A stretch of DNA of 64,000 nt from Raja brachyura (taxonomy: Eukaryota): the NCBI GenBank assembly GCA_963514005.1, contig OY740785.1, positions 9,796,001 to 9,860,000 of the forward strand, in the 5' to 3' direction. Below the pieces are notes generated by a model. That model did not search any database. It saw nothing but the letters and a program-made list of their open reading frames with translations, and was not told the DNA's origin. Numbering within the stretch: position 1 is the stretch's first letter; each line of letters starts with the position of its first letter. Shown here in pieces: positions 39,301 to 51,657 of the stretch. Both the position numbers and the translations under genes were made by a program.

Positions 39301-39431
39301 CTTCGATCTGGAAGGAAGTACATTTTTACATAAGGATTCCTGGGCCGACCGTCCCCTCGAGAAGGAAGCTCCATGGCTTGTAACACATTAACTATCAACT
39401 GGTGGCCTACTTTATCATACCAGAGTTTCAC
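39301..39431 (-). CDS. RIMS1: RIMS1 exon, C2A domain: VKLWYDKVGHQLIVNVLQAMELPSRGDGRPRNPYVKMYFLPDR(S)
   Basis: CAG/GTGAA, 131 nt, phase 0-2; not in ORF track, read directly. Confidence 0.96.
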
Positions 39432-42400
39432 CTGTGAAAAGAATATATTTTATGGTCCATGCATCATCTTTCAAAAGCTCGTACACAACAAAATGTCAAA
39501 TTTTCAGTACATGCTGTTCTAATAACGGATATACAGGCATTATGTTGACATTTCTTTTGAACGTTATTCTGTGCACGTTATTTCTTTAACTGTCCAACTG
39601 CAGGTTTTCCAAGACAAAAAGAGACCAAGGTTCATTTACTTACATAAAAGTGTTAATTCCCAAATCTAAAAATCTTCCAATCCAGAGATTTGAAAATATG
39701 TAAATTACCTGATATCAGCCTTGGCAGCTTCATTAATTAATGATGGTAAACCACCAAATGGCTCCACATTGATATTAAACAGCGAGGCACTTGCCTGTCA
39801 ATTCTTCAGTTAGTTCCAGTGTAAATAAGCACATAAACATTAAGATAGGAAAATGCTGTGCCCCATGAGGGTCACTGTTCTTTCTCCAGTCTTTCTCTTC
39901 CTCTGTGTGATGTTGGCTCTTTCTGAGCTACCAACCTTTTTTTTAATCTATAAACTCGACTGGTTAATGTTGGTCGGTTGCCAAATCTGCCCTCTAACCC
40001 ATAGAGAGACTTCTTCATTTTCTTCATTATCTTTCTCAGAATGTGTCCAGTTGCAATGAAAGTTTCTTCAACCTAATTTATTAATTGTTCCTTTTGCCAC
40101 AGATGCTGTCTAATCTGCTGAGTGTTTCCAGCAATTTAATTTTTTTAATTTCAAATTTCCAGCATCTGCGACTTTTTCACTCAGACCATAGAGATACTTT
40201 CTAACTTAGGTCAGAAGACAAAAACCTAGACCAGGAAGTGCTGCTACATTTTTGACTTCAGAATCGAGGGGTAAAGGAAATAATTATGAAATCTTGGCTG
40301 CAAACTCAAACCAATCAGAATTCAGGTTAGCGAGCTTTGTGGTAATGTTGAATTAGTAGAAACAAGGAACTGCAGATGCCGGTTTACAAAAAAGAACACA
40401 AAGTGCTGGAGTAACTCAGTGGGTTGGGCAGCACTCCTAGAGAACATGGCTGGTGACATTTTGGGTAGGGAACTTTTAGTGACAGATTAAAAGCTATGTA
40501 CCTACACATTGAAAACACCTATCATCTTGACAAAAACTACAAACGTTCAATACTGAACATCAGATAAAGGAGGGAACAGTTGGTCCATCCATTGGAATGG
40601 AAAGAAACTAGAGCAATTACGTATTAACTAATTTACATTGCTTTGAATTAATTTGAATATTCTTGAATGATTTAATTGCTTAACAATACTGTATGCTTAC
40701 ATCTGCAGGAATATGTAATTGTTTACATGCCGTTCAGTTTTTGAATGATGGTATTTTAACGCAGATCGAGTATGTGACTTGATCAGTTTTCAGAATTCTT
40801 TTCAGCTGCTTTAAGGATTGACTCTGGGCCTCATGTAAAGATTTTTCAAAAGATGTGCATGTGCGTGTGTATGTGCGTGCAGTGCACTATACGTTTGCAT
40901 CTGGACTCTCTTAGTTTTGCTACTTTGTCAGTGATATTTCTGTTCAAACTCTGCTAGTATTTCTGAAGGAGAAGACGACGAAAGCAAACATGAAAAACTT
41001 AAATGTAAGGAGATAGCCATGACAACAAAAATAAAGTGTGAATAATGAAATTATGAAATAAAGTTATGAAAAATAAAAGTGTTCTATTAATAATAAAAAG
41101 GAAATATTAGAAAAAACAGCCATCAAAGGATCAGCAAGCTGGACAGTAGATGTCTGGCTTATTACATTGTTTACATGGAAACTAATATATTTTTCTTCTC
41201 CATTTATATTTGGCTCATTACTCACTGCAAGATACAGCAGAGGTTCTCGTATTGCTGTACTTTTTACATATTTTACATATTTACACACTGCATACCCTGT
41301 GAAAATATCTTTCCATGTTCTTCCTTGGCTACATCTGGCAAGGAAGTGAAATAATCTATTCAGAATAGTTTCCACGACTTAAGGTGCAGTTTTGCCAGAT
41401 AACCAGAATCTTTGCAATAGCAGGGGAGTCTGATTTAAACATGTAACTGCAGATGCTAGTTTTCAAAAAGACACAAAGTGCTGGAGTAATTCAGCAGGTC
41501 AGGCCTTTGCTTGCAATAGTGGGAAGATTTGTTTTGAATATGTTTTTCTGAGGTTTAAGATTAGAATCCAAGGCACATGCATTGAACGCCTGTCTCCATG
41601 CAAAGATGTTGGGCAAGTGAGGCATCCTTTGGGTTTACTTCTGTAATCACTCTGTATTTTTGATTTGTATCTGGCCAAGACGATGAAAACATTTGCAGGA
41701 TCTGAATCATTCAACATCATCAAACAAAACAATGAAAAATCCGTGCAGTAACTTCCCAACTAATATGTTACATATCTATTGATTCTGTAATCCTGTTAGG
41801 TCATTCATTTGCTTTTCAATGAACAAATTGTTTTCTTGAAGTTTTCTTGGTGATATCTCTTCTTCAACCTTTTCCCTTCTTGCTCTTCATTCCGTGACAG
41901 ACCTCAGCTGTGTATAAGATTAACCTTTTCTTTGATACTTAAATTATACCAGATTATCCAAATAATGGGTAATTTCAATGCACTAAGGAAGTCCAATGTT
42001 GCATTAAACTTGTACGTGGATGAGTAGTCACCCACAATTATTTCTGATGACTGACAAAAGTCGCCTATATCGGCTTCCCGAGGATTTAACCACCATGCTC
42101 AGCACTTGTTTTGGATAAGTGTATCAATAAATGACTTAACATGTTGATAAACGGAATTAGCATATATTAACAAAATACTGAAACAAAAAGAAAATGACCA
42201 GTCACTGGATAGATTTTTCTTAATGTTTAGACATTAAGTGCAAACAAAAATCTCAATTAAAAAAACTACAAGTCCCTAATGGCAGCCAGTTGCATGTTCA
42301 GCCCAAGTGATTGCATCCCAACGCTGAAGCCTTGTTCAATAGTCAAGACTGTTAACTCAGTTACATAATGCATTTATATCAATGAAAAATATAAAGGTTT

Positions 42401-42445
42401 TTCGCAACATGTATGTTTAGTTTTGTGTGTTATTGGTTTACTCAC

Positions 42446-42558
42446 TGAGAGCTGTCCAGGTAAGATCTGAGGGGCATCTTTCAAAGCTCCCGGGCTGGTT
42501 GGAGAAATGACTGAAATACAGGGCCGTTCCATCTTCTGCGACTCAAAGGAACTCGAAC
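42446..42558 (-). CDS. RIMS1: RIMS1 exon: SSSFESQKMERPCISVISPTSPGALKDAPQILPGQLS
   Basis: CAG/GTGAG, 113 nt, phase 1-0; within ORF 42374..42568. Confidence 0.96.
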
Positions 42559-42649
42559 CTGAAAGCATTTAATCACAGTACTTCTATTTATGGCATACAT
42601 TAAGTGTTAAAATACCAATGCAGAGACAAATGTATAATGTTCCCTGTTA

Positions 42650-42984
42650 TAAAGCACAGAAACGGGCCCTTCGCCCACTGAATCCCAGCTGACCATCGAA
42701 TATTCATTTACCATAATGCCACTTTTTATTCTCCCCATATTCTCCTCAATTCCTCCCACATCCTCAGATTCTACCATTCACTTACACACCAAGGGCAATT
42801 TAATGACTTTACATCCTATCAATGTGGGATGTGAGAAGAAACCAGAGTACGCTGAGGAACCAGAGCACACAGCCATAGGGAGCATGTGCAAACTCCACAG
42901 GGACAGCATTTGAGGTCAGAATTGAACGCGGGTTTCTGGCTCTGTTAAGGAACATTACTACTCACCTCCACTGCGCCACAGTGG
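42650..42984 (-). mobile_element. HE1-like V-SINE, older (further remnants near 3090-3255, 25905-26180, 26570-26815, 47050-47340)
   Basis: Similarity to the 53234 and 49965 copies. Confidence 0.7.
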
Positions 42985-43490
42985 CATTTGTGAACATATT
43001 TGTGGTTACATCCGGTCATACAAATTCATGTTAAATGAATCTTAAGAAATAAAGTCATGTCTTTATTCAGTGACAATTATGCTTTACTTGGAAGCAATAT
43101 TTTTCAGTACGTTGGTCAACAAATAATTCACGGATTCTTCATGAGTTTGTGGGTTAGACATTTATCTATTGTTCAAACCTAAAATTAAATTAAGCCCTGC
43201 GGAATAGCACTCCAGAAACTTGTGCATAATGAACTTGGGCAGTCGCAAAATTATTAATAGGTATAAGACCACAGCAGAAATCACCCAACGACTTCAGACA
43301 CAGGGGACTAAAGAAATTTGCAAAAATTAAGGATGTAATAAAAGCGGTAGATAAAGGAGATCTAGCAGATGCTGTGGATTTGGAATTCCAAATTAGATGC
43401 AATAAGGTTACTGTCAAGTGCATACTGGTTTACGGTTGGATAAAGGAATGGCTAGCTAACAGAAAGCAGTGAGTAGGATGCCATAAGTAT

Positions 43491-43827
43491 TGTGGGAATT
43501 GAAACTCTGCTGAGCTAAATTAAACATGCCTGGCGAGTAGGGGAAAGTTCCTGCTCACTGTACAAAGCTGCAGTGTCGTTAGTCTGAATGTTTTGTACAG
43601 CTTGTACTAGACGATAAGGCTTTGTGTTGCAGGGAAAAAGGTTAGAATGCTGAATTGCGCAGACCAGTGCATGATCCACTGCAGCTAAGTCGTAAAGAAG
43701 TATGGTAAAAGAGGGCTGCTTGCTTAAGGGTAGCTGATCAGTCTGCAGCTTGACTTGCTCTCCTTGTTAACAAGTTTCTGAATAAAGAAGTTAACTGTCA
43801 TTCAAGTCTTGGTAAATTATTCCGGCA
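43491..43827 (+). mobile_element. Probable solo LTR (337 bp) inserted in a CR1
   Basis: TG...CA ends, imperfect IR TGTGGGAAT/ATTCCGGCA, AATAAA at 43781, 4-bp flanks GTAT/GGAT. Confidence 0.65.
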
Positions 43828-44898
43828 GGATCCTTACTGGGGATTTAAAGTACTTATAATCTATGTCAGTGATTTGGATGAAAGGAGCAAGTATACTGTA
43901 GCCAGATTTGTCGATGAAACAAAGAGTTAGGAGGTTTTGAGAAGGACAGAAAGACCTGAGAATGCCATATAGATAGGTTAAGAACATGAAAACCAGGTTG
44001 ACAGGTGGAGTGTCATGTGGGGAAATGATCCACTTATGAAAGAAAAATGAAAAAGTAAATTATTATTTAAACAGAGCAAGATCATTAAACATTGCAGTAC
44101 AACGGGATCTCACACACAATGTTGGCATACAAGTAAGAGCAAGCATTTAGGATTACGTTGGCCTTTATTGCATGTGATGGGGAATTTCAATTTAAGGAAG
44201 TTTTGATTCAACTTAACGGGACGCTTGTGAGAAGGCATCTGGAGTATTGCAAATGGCTTTTGTCTCCAAATTTAAGGAAGAATGCCTTGCCTGGAGTGCA
44301 GGAAAAGTTCACGAATCAAAGATTGATTTGTGGAATAAAGGGATCAATGTATAAAAAAGATTGGGCCCATACCTACTGGAATTTAGAAGAATAAAGTATT
44401 ATCAAAATAGTTAAGATTCTTCAGGGGAATGAGAGGGTGGATGTGAATGTTTCCCCAGGGGGATACCAAGAACTAGGTATATGGTTTCAGAGAAGGGGAC
44501 TTTGCTTATTTCAGATATGGGTGAAAAATAACTTATTCTTCTAGAAAACTGTGAAACTTTAGAATTCTCTACACCAGCGAGCTGTGAGGTGGAGTCACTG
44601 GATATATTCAAGGTGGAGATTGGTAGATACTTGAACCACACGTGAGTAGAGTGGTCTGGGGACAGGAACAGGAAAGCGGGGTTGAAGCCAAAGTTGGATA
44701 AGCTAAGATTTTATTGAACAGAGAAGCAGGGCCAAAGTCCAAATGGCTTAATCCTGCTCTTGAGTCTTACCTTCTTTTGTCAGCCCACGTTTAATGGGCA
44801 GCACGGATAATGAGTCCCTTTAATTCAGAATAAAACATTGAATGGTGCAGAAAATCAGTTCCAAAACCCAAATCCCCCTACTTTTTGCAAATACTCAC

Positions 44899-44945
44899 TG
44901 GACTCCAAAGGGGGGTGGGAACTCTCCGGAATTCTAGGTATGTCA
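44899..44945 (-). CDS. RIMS1: RIMS1 exon: DIPRIPESSHPPLES(S)
   Basis: CAG/GTGAG, 47 nt, phase 2-1; matches recalled RIM1 peptide. Confidence 0.95.
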
Positions 44946-47900
44946 CTGTTGACAGAAACGGAACAATTTGCATTGTGATATTTTCGGCAAAAAAAGCCAT
45001 CACATTCAATCACCAAATAATTAATGTTAACACAATTGATCACAAACAAGTTTATTCTATTTTAAAATATATATTTTCTGAAATATTTCATTAGGACTTA
45101 GAAAATGAAAAGGATTTCAATGCAATCACAGTTCAGACCATCCAAATCCAAGTATCTACCCAATATTTGCATGATTGAGAGAAACCAGTAAACTTCACCA
45201 GAAAATATTTATTCAATGCAGCTGCTTATAGTATTTTTATGATATCCAAAGTGAAATAAATTCCTGTTAAAAGTTAGAAAATGAGATTCAGCACGGTGAA
45301 GACAGTATTTGATATTCTTGCCTTTAGTGGTTGGAGTATTAAGTACAATTGTTAGGATGTCATCTAATAACTGTACCAGACATTGGTGAGATAACACTTG
45401 GACTATTGCAATCACTATCAGCCATTAACTGGAGAAAATGTAGAAAAGTTACACAAGGATGTTACCAAAACTAGAGGGCTTGAATTATGAGGAGCGACTG
45501 GAAAGGTTGGGGTTTTATTTTACACAAGGGCATCGGAAGCCGAGACATCACCTTATAGAGGTATATAAACTCATGAGGGACATGAATAAGGTGAATTGTT
45601 ACAGTCTTTTTCCTCGGATTAAGGAAGTGCAAAACTGGTGGGCATGGATTTAAGATGAGAGCAGAAGATTTAAAGAGGATCCGAGGGGCAACTTTCTCAC
45701 AGAGGATAGTGAGTAGGTAGAACAACCTGTTGAGTCAGACACAATTATAACGACATTTGTAAATTTTACGTTTAAAAGACCCTGTAAAAGGTACATGGAC
45801 AGTAAAGGTTTAGAGGGATGTGGGTCAAATGCAGGTAAATGGGACTAGCTTAGATGGGTTTCTTGATAGGCACCGACATGTTGGGCTGAAGGGCCTGCTT
45901 CTATGTCGTATGACTCTATTACCCCAAATGCTGCATGACCCGCTGAGTACTTCCAATATTTAAGGTTCCTTGTATCTATGATTTATTTTTGATTTTTCAT
46001 GGTATTTGTTAAAATATGACTCTCAGTTAAATTTAGTCCTTACATAAGATTTATATGCATATTATATCACGATCCCACTATGATGCCAGTCTGGAATTGT
46101 GATCGTGACAACAAGCTGCAAGCAGTGTAGGCTTAAGATAGAAAGGTTTAGGAGAAGATTTGGCTGGGCTCAGAATGTAGAAAGATTGTTTAAAACTAGT
46201 TTTCTACATCAAATAAGGTGATTTATGGAGAAGCATTATGTATATGCAAGGATAACAGAATTTTCTTTTATGCTTGTGGGTTTCGAAAAAAAAGTAGGAG
46301 GATTATGCTTTGGTTACATAAGGCATCAGGGAGACCACATCTGGAGCACTACAGTATGTATAGTATTGGACTCCTTACTTAGAAGGGATGTTAATGCATT
46401 GGAAGCAGTTTATGAGACCACAAACTGGAATGGGGAGGTTATGATATGAGCAAAAATAAAGCAGCCTTAGCTTGCATCTGCAAACGTACAGAAGAATGAG
46501 AGGGGATGTGATTGAAACTTGTAAGGTTCTGAGGGGACTTGTTTAGAGGATGTTTACTCTTGAGAAAAAAATCTAGAATTAGGGGGTCACTGTCTAAAAA
46601 TAAGGGGTTGCCGTTTTCGACAGTGATAACGTGTAATTTTCTCTCCAAGTCTTTGGAACGCTCTTCTTCACGCGACAGTGGAGGCAGAGTCTTCCAATAT
46701 TTCTAAGGAAGAGGAAGAGAAATACAGTACATGTTAAATATAGGGGGGTGGGGGTGTTGAAGGTGACTACCTTGGGAATGTGAAGTTGAGGTTACAATCC
46801 GGTCTGCCATGATCTAAAATGGTAGAGCAGGCTTGTGAAGCTGAGAAGCTGTTCATTAATTCATGTATTGTATGTACATAATTTTGTTTGTGAATGTTGA
46901 GCTAAACAATTCATATTCAGCATCATTTTTCAAAGCATTTCTTAAACCACTTTAGAATTGTTTAGAGAAATGCATTTGGGGATACATGCAAGATCATAGG
47001 ATATAAAATTAAATTGTTCAGTGTCTGTACTTTGGTGTATGTATTTCACAGGTCCAGTGACCTCGGGTTTAAACCTGACCTCTGATGCTGTGCGTATGCA
47101 GTTTACATGTTCTCCCTGTGATCTCGGTTGTAACCCCTGGACTCTCCACTTTGCTCCCTTATCGTGGGCATTGTTTGGTTATTCAGCTGCTATAAATTGC
47201 CCTTGGTCTGTAGACCGGTGACAGAAACTGAGGGACATTGATGGGATTGTAGGCCGAATAGTTTATGGGAAAAGTTAGTGGGGAATGGGATTAATGGACT
47301 GTTCCGTGCACCAGCATTGACTTGATGGGTCAAAGTTGGCTCTTATGATGTCATAAGGAAATATGGAAATACCTACACACACATGCATCATGTGAAGCAT
47401 TCAGACGCAGTGTGGTTGCACCTGCTGACATTTTGGCTGCAGCCCAGTGGGAGCAGAAGGAGTTGGCAGATTGTGGTAATGTCTGATGCTGCTTTCTAAC
47501 AAACATAGCCAAAGCAGAACTCAATAATGCAATAAACATAAATGTGGAGCCTTAGAAGTTGGGACAGGGGAATTAAAAATGGCAGTAACATTAAACAGAT
47601 ATTTTAATTTTGTAGCTGCATTGACATTTAAAGAAATTGAAAGCATACCAAGGGACAAAAGAGAATGAGCAGCTTAAAAACAATCAATGTCACAATAGAA
47701 AATGTAACTGGAAGAGCTACTTAATAACACATGATGAGATAGAACTACTGAACACAGATATTGGCCCATTGAGTGAATGCATTTTCTCTATCAGGTTAAG
47801 TAAGGATGGGACTTGCATTGGTTAAGTCCCCTGGACATGTAGTCTTGCATCCTCAGACTCTAAAATAAGTTGGCTGCAGAGATACAGAGTACAATGAACA

Positions 47901-48357
47901 CGATCTTCCTGAGTGCACCTGATTTTAGGCAGCCACTACGATTTTATGAATGGGGGGAATATTTTTCAAAAATAATTTTTGCATTCTCTCCGGATGTAAT
48001 GAGCCGGCTGGTTAAAGTAGATATCAGACCAGAGTAGGAACAGGAGTAGTCCAGTCAAATCTCTGTAGGTATTGGAGATAAAATTGCAGCACAGATATAG
48101 AGGATTGATTAACAGACAGAAAAATCAACTCTTCATTTTCAGATTTGGAAGCTGTAACTAGTGGGTATCACAGGGATCAGTGTTGTGGCCACAAACTATT
48201 TATAATCTATATTAGTAAATCAGATGAGGGACTAAGTGCAATTATCCATTTACTTAGGAAACAAAAATGATAAAAGGATGGTTAAAATAAATAAGTTGGA
48301 AGGACACAAATGCTCATAAATTTGTTTGCATTCTCTATTGGTGCACAGAACTATAGT

Positions 48358-49430
48358 GAAAAAGACACAACGTGCTGGAGTAATTCAATGGATCAGGCAG
48401 CATCTTTGGAATACATGGATAGGTAACGTTTTGGGACCCTTCCTCAGACTGATTGTGGTGGGAGCGGGAAGGGGAGAGAAAGCTGGGAGAGAGATGGGAG
48501 CTGGACAAAGTCTGGCAAGAGGTGGATGAAGGTGAGGAGGGCTTTTGATAGGTAGATGGTTGGACAAAGGCCAAAGATGAAGAGACCACAAATATTAGAT
48601 AAGGACAGAAGAGGCGAGAAATGTGAAGCCAGAGGAAATAATATAGCTGGAAGAAAAATAGAAAATAGGTGCAGAAGTAGGACATTCGGCCCTTCGAGCC
48701 AACACCGCCATTCAATATGTTCATGGCTGATCATCCAAAATCAGTACCCCGTTCCGGCTTTTTCCCCATATCCCTTAATATGGGGACAGAGGGAGGTGGA
48801 ATGGGAGAAATGGGTGTGAATCCAGGTGGGGTACAGGGAAGGGATGGACACACACACCTATCCCCATACCTCCTCCCTCACATCCATCCAGGGACCCAGC
48901 AGTCCTTCCAGATGAGACAGAGGTTCATATGCACCTCCCCTAATCTCATTTACTATATTCGGAGTTCCTGATGTGGCTTCCTTTACACTAGCAAGACCAA
49001 ACATAGACTAGGTAACCATTTTGCCGAACACTTGCATATGGTCCGCCAAGGCCCGCTAGATCTCCTAGTTGCTAATTATTTCGCTTCCCATTCTCATACT
49101 GATCTTTCTGACTGACCTGGGACTCCTCCATAGCCAGAGTGAGGCCACAAGCACACTGCAGGAACAGCATCTCATATTCTGCTTGGGGAGCTTACAAACT
49201 AATGAACATTGAGTTCTCCAATTTCAGGTAACTAACCTACTAACAACCCCTTCTCCTCGTTCCCACAATCTTCTCTGTGCCCACCTGGATTTGCACTCAT
49301 TTCACCCCTTCCCACAATCCTTGTCCTCATCCACCTACATTCCTTCCTCTGGCTTCATAATTCTTACCTTTTTCGATCCTTATCGCACACTTTTTGTCCC
49401 TTTATCTCTCGCCTTTGTCCAAACAACTAT
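48358..49430. mobile_element. Penelope-like element in inverted configuration: minus-strand 3' repeat (48358-48848) then plus-strand GIY-YIG remnant and 3' region (48856-49430)
   Basis: Same GIY-YIG remnant as 1300-1682; upstream arm is the reverse complement of the 3' region; CR1 tail nested at about 48653-48780. Confidence 0.82.
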
Positions 49431-49663
49431 CCAGATAAATTGTGCAGAATTGCTTGACGAGCATTTCAATGCTTTTATGCAATCCTTCCCAATGTTTGCA
49501 TTGGATACAAATAAATATCCTGCTGCACTTTGTCCAGGTAAAATCCATATTGGACCATGAGGCCCATACGGCTCTCATCGATTTTATTTCCCGACACAAA
49601 GCTTAAATGTCACTTAAACACATTCCTTCACAAGCAACGCTAAAGACAAAATATAAACCTTAC

Positions 49664-49787
49664 CCTATTGGCCTTGAAACAACTATTTCAACCTGAAGTT
49701 CTGATTTAGATTCCAAAATGATGTTGTAAACCTCTTCATTTGTAGCTCCTGGTAAAGGTTTCCCATTCCATTCAAGGACCTCGTCAC
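49664..49787 (-). CDS. RIMS1: RIMS1 exon, PDZ end: DEVLEWNGKPLPGATNEEVYNIILESKSELQVEIVVSRPI(G)
   Basis: GAG acceptor, GTAAG donor, 124 nt, phase 1-2; continues frame. Confidence 0.96.
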
Positions 49788-49964
49788 CTCGGAAACAAAA
49801 GTTTTACAATTATCACACCATTTCAAAATAACAACATACATTTTTTCCAAAGTAAATATGGATTCTGGCAATTCACATCTTTCAGAAAATACCACGATTT
49901 AGGAAACTGAGATAAATATATTTTAGAACAGATATCAAACAGCTTGCAAGTATTGCGATCTTTG

Positions 49965-50258
49965 ATGGATTGATTGAAAGATACAGCATGGAATCAGGCC
50001 TTTCAGCCGACCGAGTTCACGCAACCATCGATCTCCCGTTCACACTAATTCTATGTTATGCCAGTTTCGCATTCACTCCCTACACATTTACAGAGACCAA
50101 TTAGCCTGCAAATCCGCACATCTTTGCGATGTGGGGGTAAAATGTGGGGGCAGTCAGAAAGGGAATGCGCATAGTCCACACAGACAGCACCCGAGGTCAG
50201 TTTTGAACCTGGGACTCTGACACTGTGAGGCAGCAGCTCTACAAGCTGCGCCACTGCA
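49965..50258 (-). mobile_element. HE1-like V-SINE
   Basis: tRNA-like head with A/B boxes, CR1-type tail with (CAAT)n. Confidence 0.8.
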
Positions 50259-50924
50259 CTCTAAAACAACATCTGTCTACAGCAAGCTCTGCGCACTTTT
50301 ATTTAATTTACTTTGAAGTTCAATTTAGCATTTCCATCCCGGGTGGATGCACAGGAAGGTACTGTGGAAATGGAAGTGGTTATTGGTGATTGGTGAATGA
50401 TCCACATTGGGAGAGAAGTCTCTTCAGAATACTGAAAGGGGATAAAAGGTGGGCTGAAGGGCCTGTTTCCGTGCTGTGTGACTATGTACTTTTATTCTTT
50501 ACGTTGTTCGATTATTGTACTTTAATTTCTTTGCACAACTTCAGATAGTACTCCAATTTTGCACCGTTCAATTTTGCATTCTTTGTGGTTTTGTTGTATT
50601 TATTATTACTGTATGTATACTGTTTACTCCATGGGTAAGAATTTCATTTAGACAATAGACAATAGACAATAGGTGCAGGAGTAGACCATTCAGCCCTTTG
50701 AGCCAGCACCGCCATTCATTGTGATCATGGCTGACAATCCCCAATCAGTACCCCGTTCCTGCCTCCCCATATCCCCTGACTCTGCTATTTTTAAGAGCCC
50801 TATCTAGCTCTCTCTTGAAAGCATCCAGAGAACCTGCCTCCACTGCCCTCTGAGGTAGAGAATTCACAGACTCACCACTCTCTGTGAGAAAAAGTGTTTC
50901 CTTGTCTCCTTTCTAAATGGCTTA

Positions 50925-51657
50925 AGGGCCTGTCCCACCAGCATGCGACTCCATGCAGCACGTGTGACCTAACGTGGTCGCTTGAGCCGTCCGGCCTCGC
51001 GGGGCCGGTCCCACTTCGATCGCCGGAGTCGTATGGAGTTGTGCGGAGCTGGTCCCGGCATCACGCGGGGCTCCGCAAAACTGAACGTGTTCAAAATTCC
51101 ACGCGGCAACGGCCTGTCGGCCCGCAGCCGCCTCAACGCCGTGCGCACAGCCTCAACGTCGTGCCACCGTGGCCCTCTCTGTGTGTCCCTCTCTGTGTGT
51201 GCCTCCGTGACCCTCTCTGTGTGTGCCTCCGTGACCCTCTGTGTGTGTGCCTCCGTGACCCTCTCTATGTGCCTCCGTGACCCTCTCTGTGCGTGCCTCC
51301 ATGTCCCTCTCTGTGTGCCTCCGTGTCCCTCTCTGTGTGTGCCTCTGTGACCCTCTCTATGTGCCTCCGTGCCCCTCTCTGTGTGTGCCTGTGTGTCCCT
51401 CTCTGTGTGCCTCCATGTCCCTCTCTCTGTGTGTGCTTCCGTGTCCCCCTCTGTGTGTGCCTCCGTGTCCATCTCTATCCTTGCGAACTTACCGCGGACT
51501 TCGCTCCAACTTCGCGTCACTCACCCGACCCGAGTTTGGTCGCGGTCGCCGCATGCAGGCACATGCTGGTGGGACCGGCGCTGTACGTGGATCACTCGAC
51601 CTCCGCGCGATCTCCGCGCTTGCCGCATGCAGGTCGCATGCTCGTGGGACAGGCCCT
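50925..51657. mobile_element. Non-autonomous PIF/Harbinger-type element (MITE) inserted in a CR1
   Basis: 25-bp TIRs AGGGCCTGTCCCAC(C/G)AGCATGCGAC, TTA duplicated on both sides, CR1 sequence rejoins when removed. Confidence 0.88.
51168..51470. repeat. 22-24 bp minisatellite (GTGTGCCTCCGTGACCCTCTCT-like) inside the MITE
   Basis: Tandem units visible; source of repetitive ORFs 50894..51748. Confidence 0.9.

Larger units (their letters stand above)
43350..48300 (+). mobile_element. Region with several decayed CR1 fragments (about 43350-44760, 45310-45915, 46290-46840, 47540-48300)
   Basis: LVRRHLEYC, MLPKLEGLNYEERLERLG and CR1 3' UTR motifs; boundaries approximate. Confidence 0.7.
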
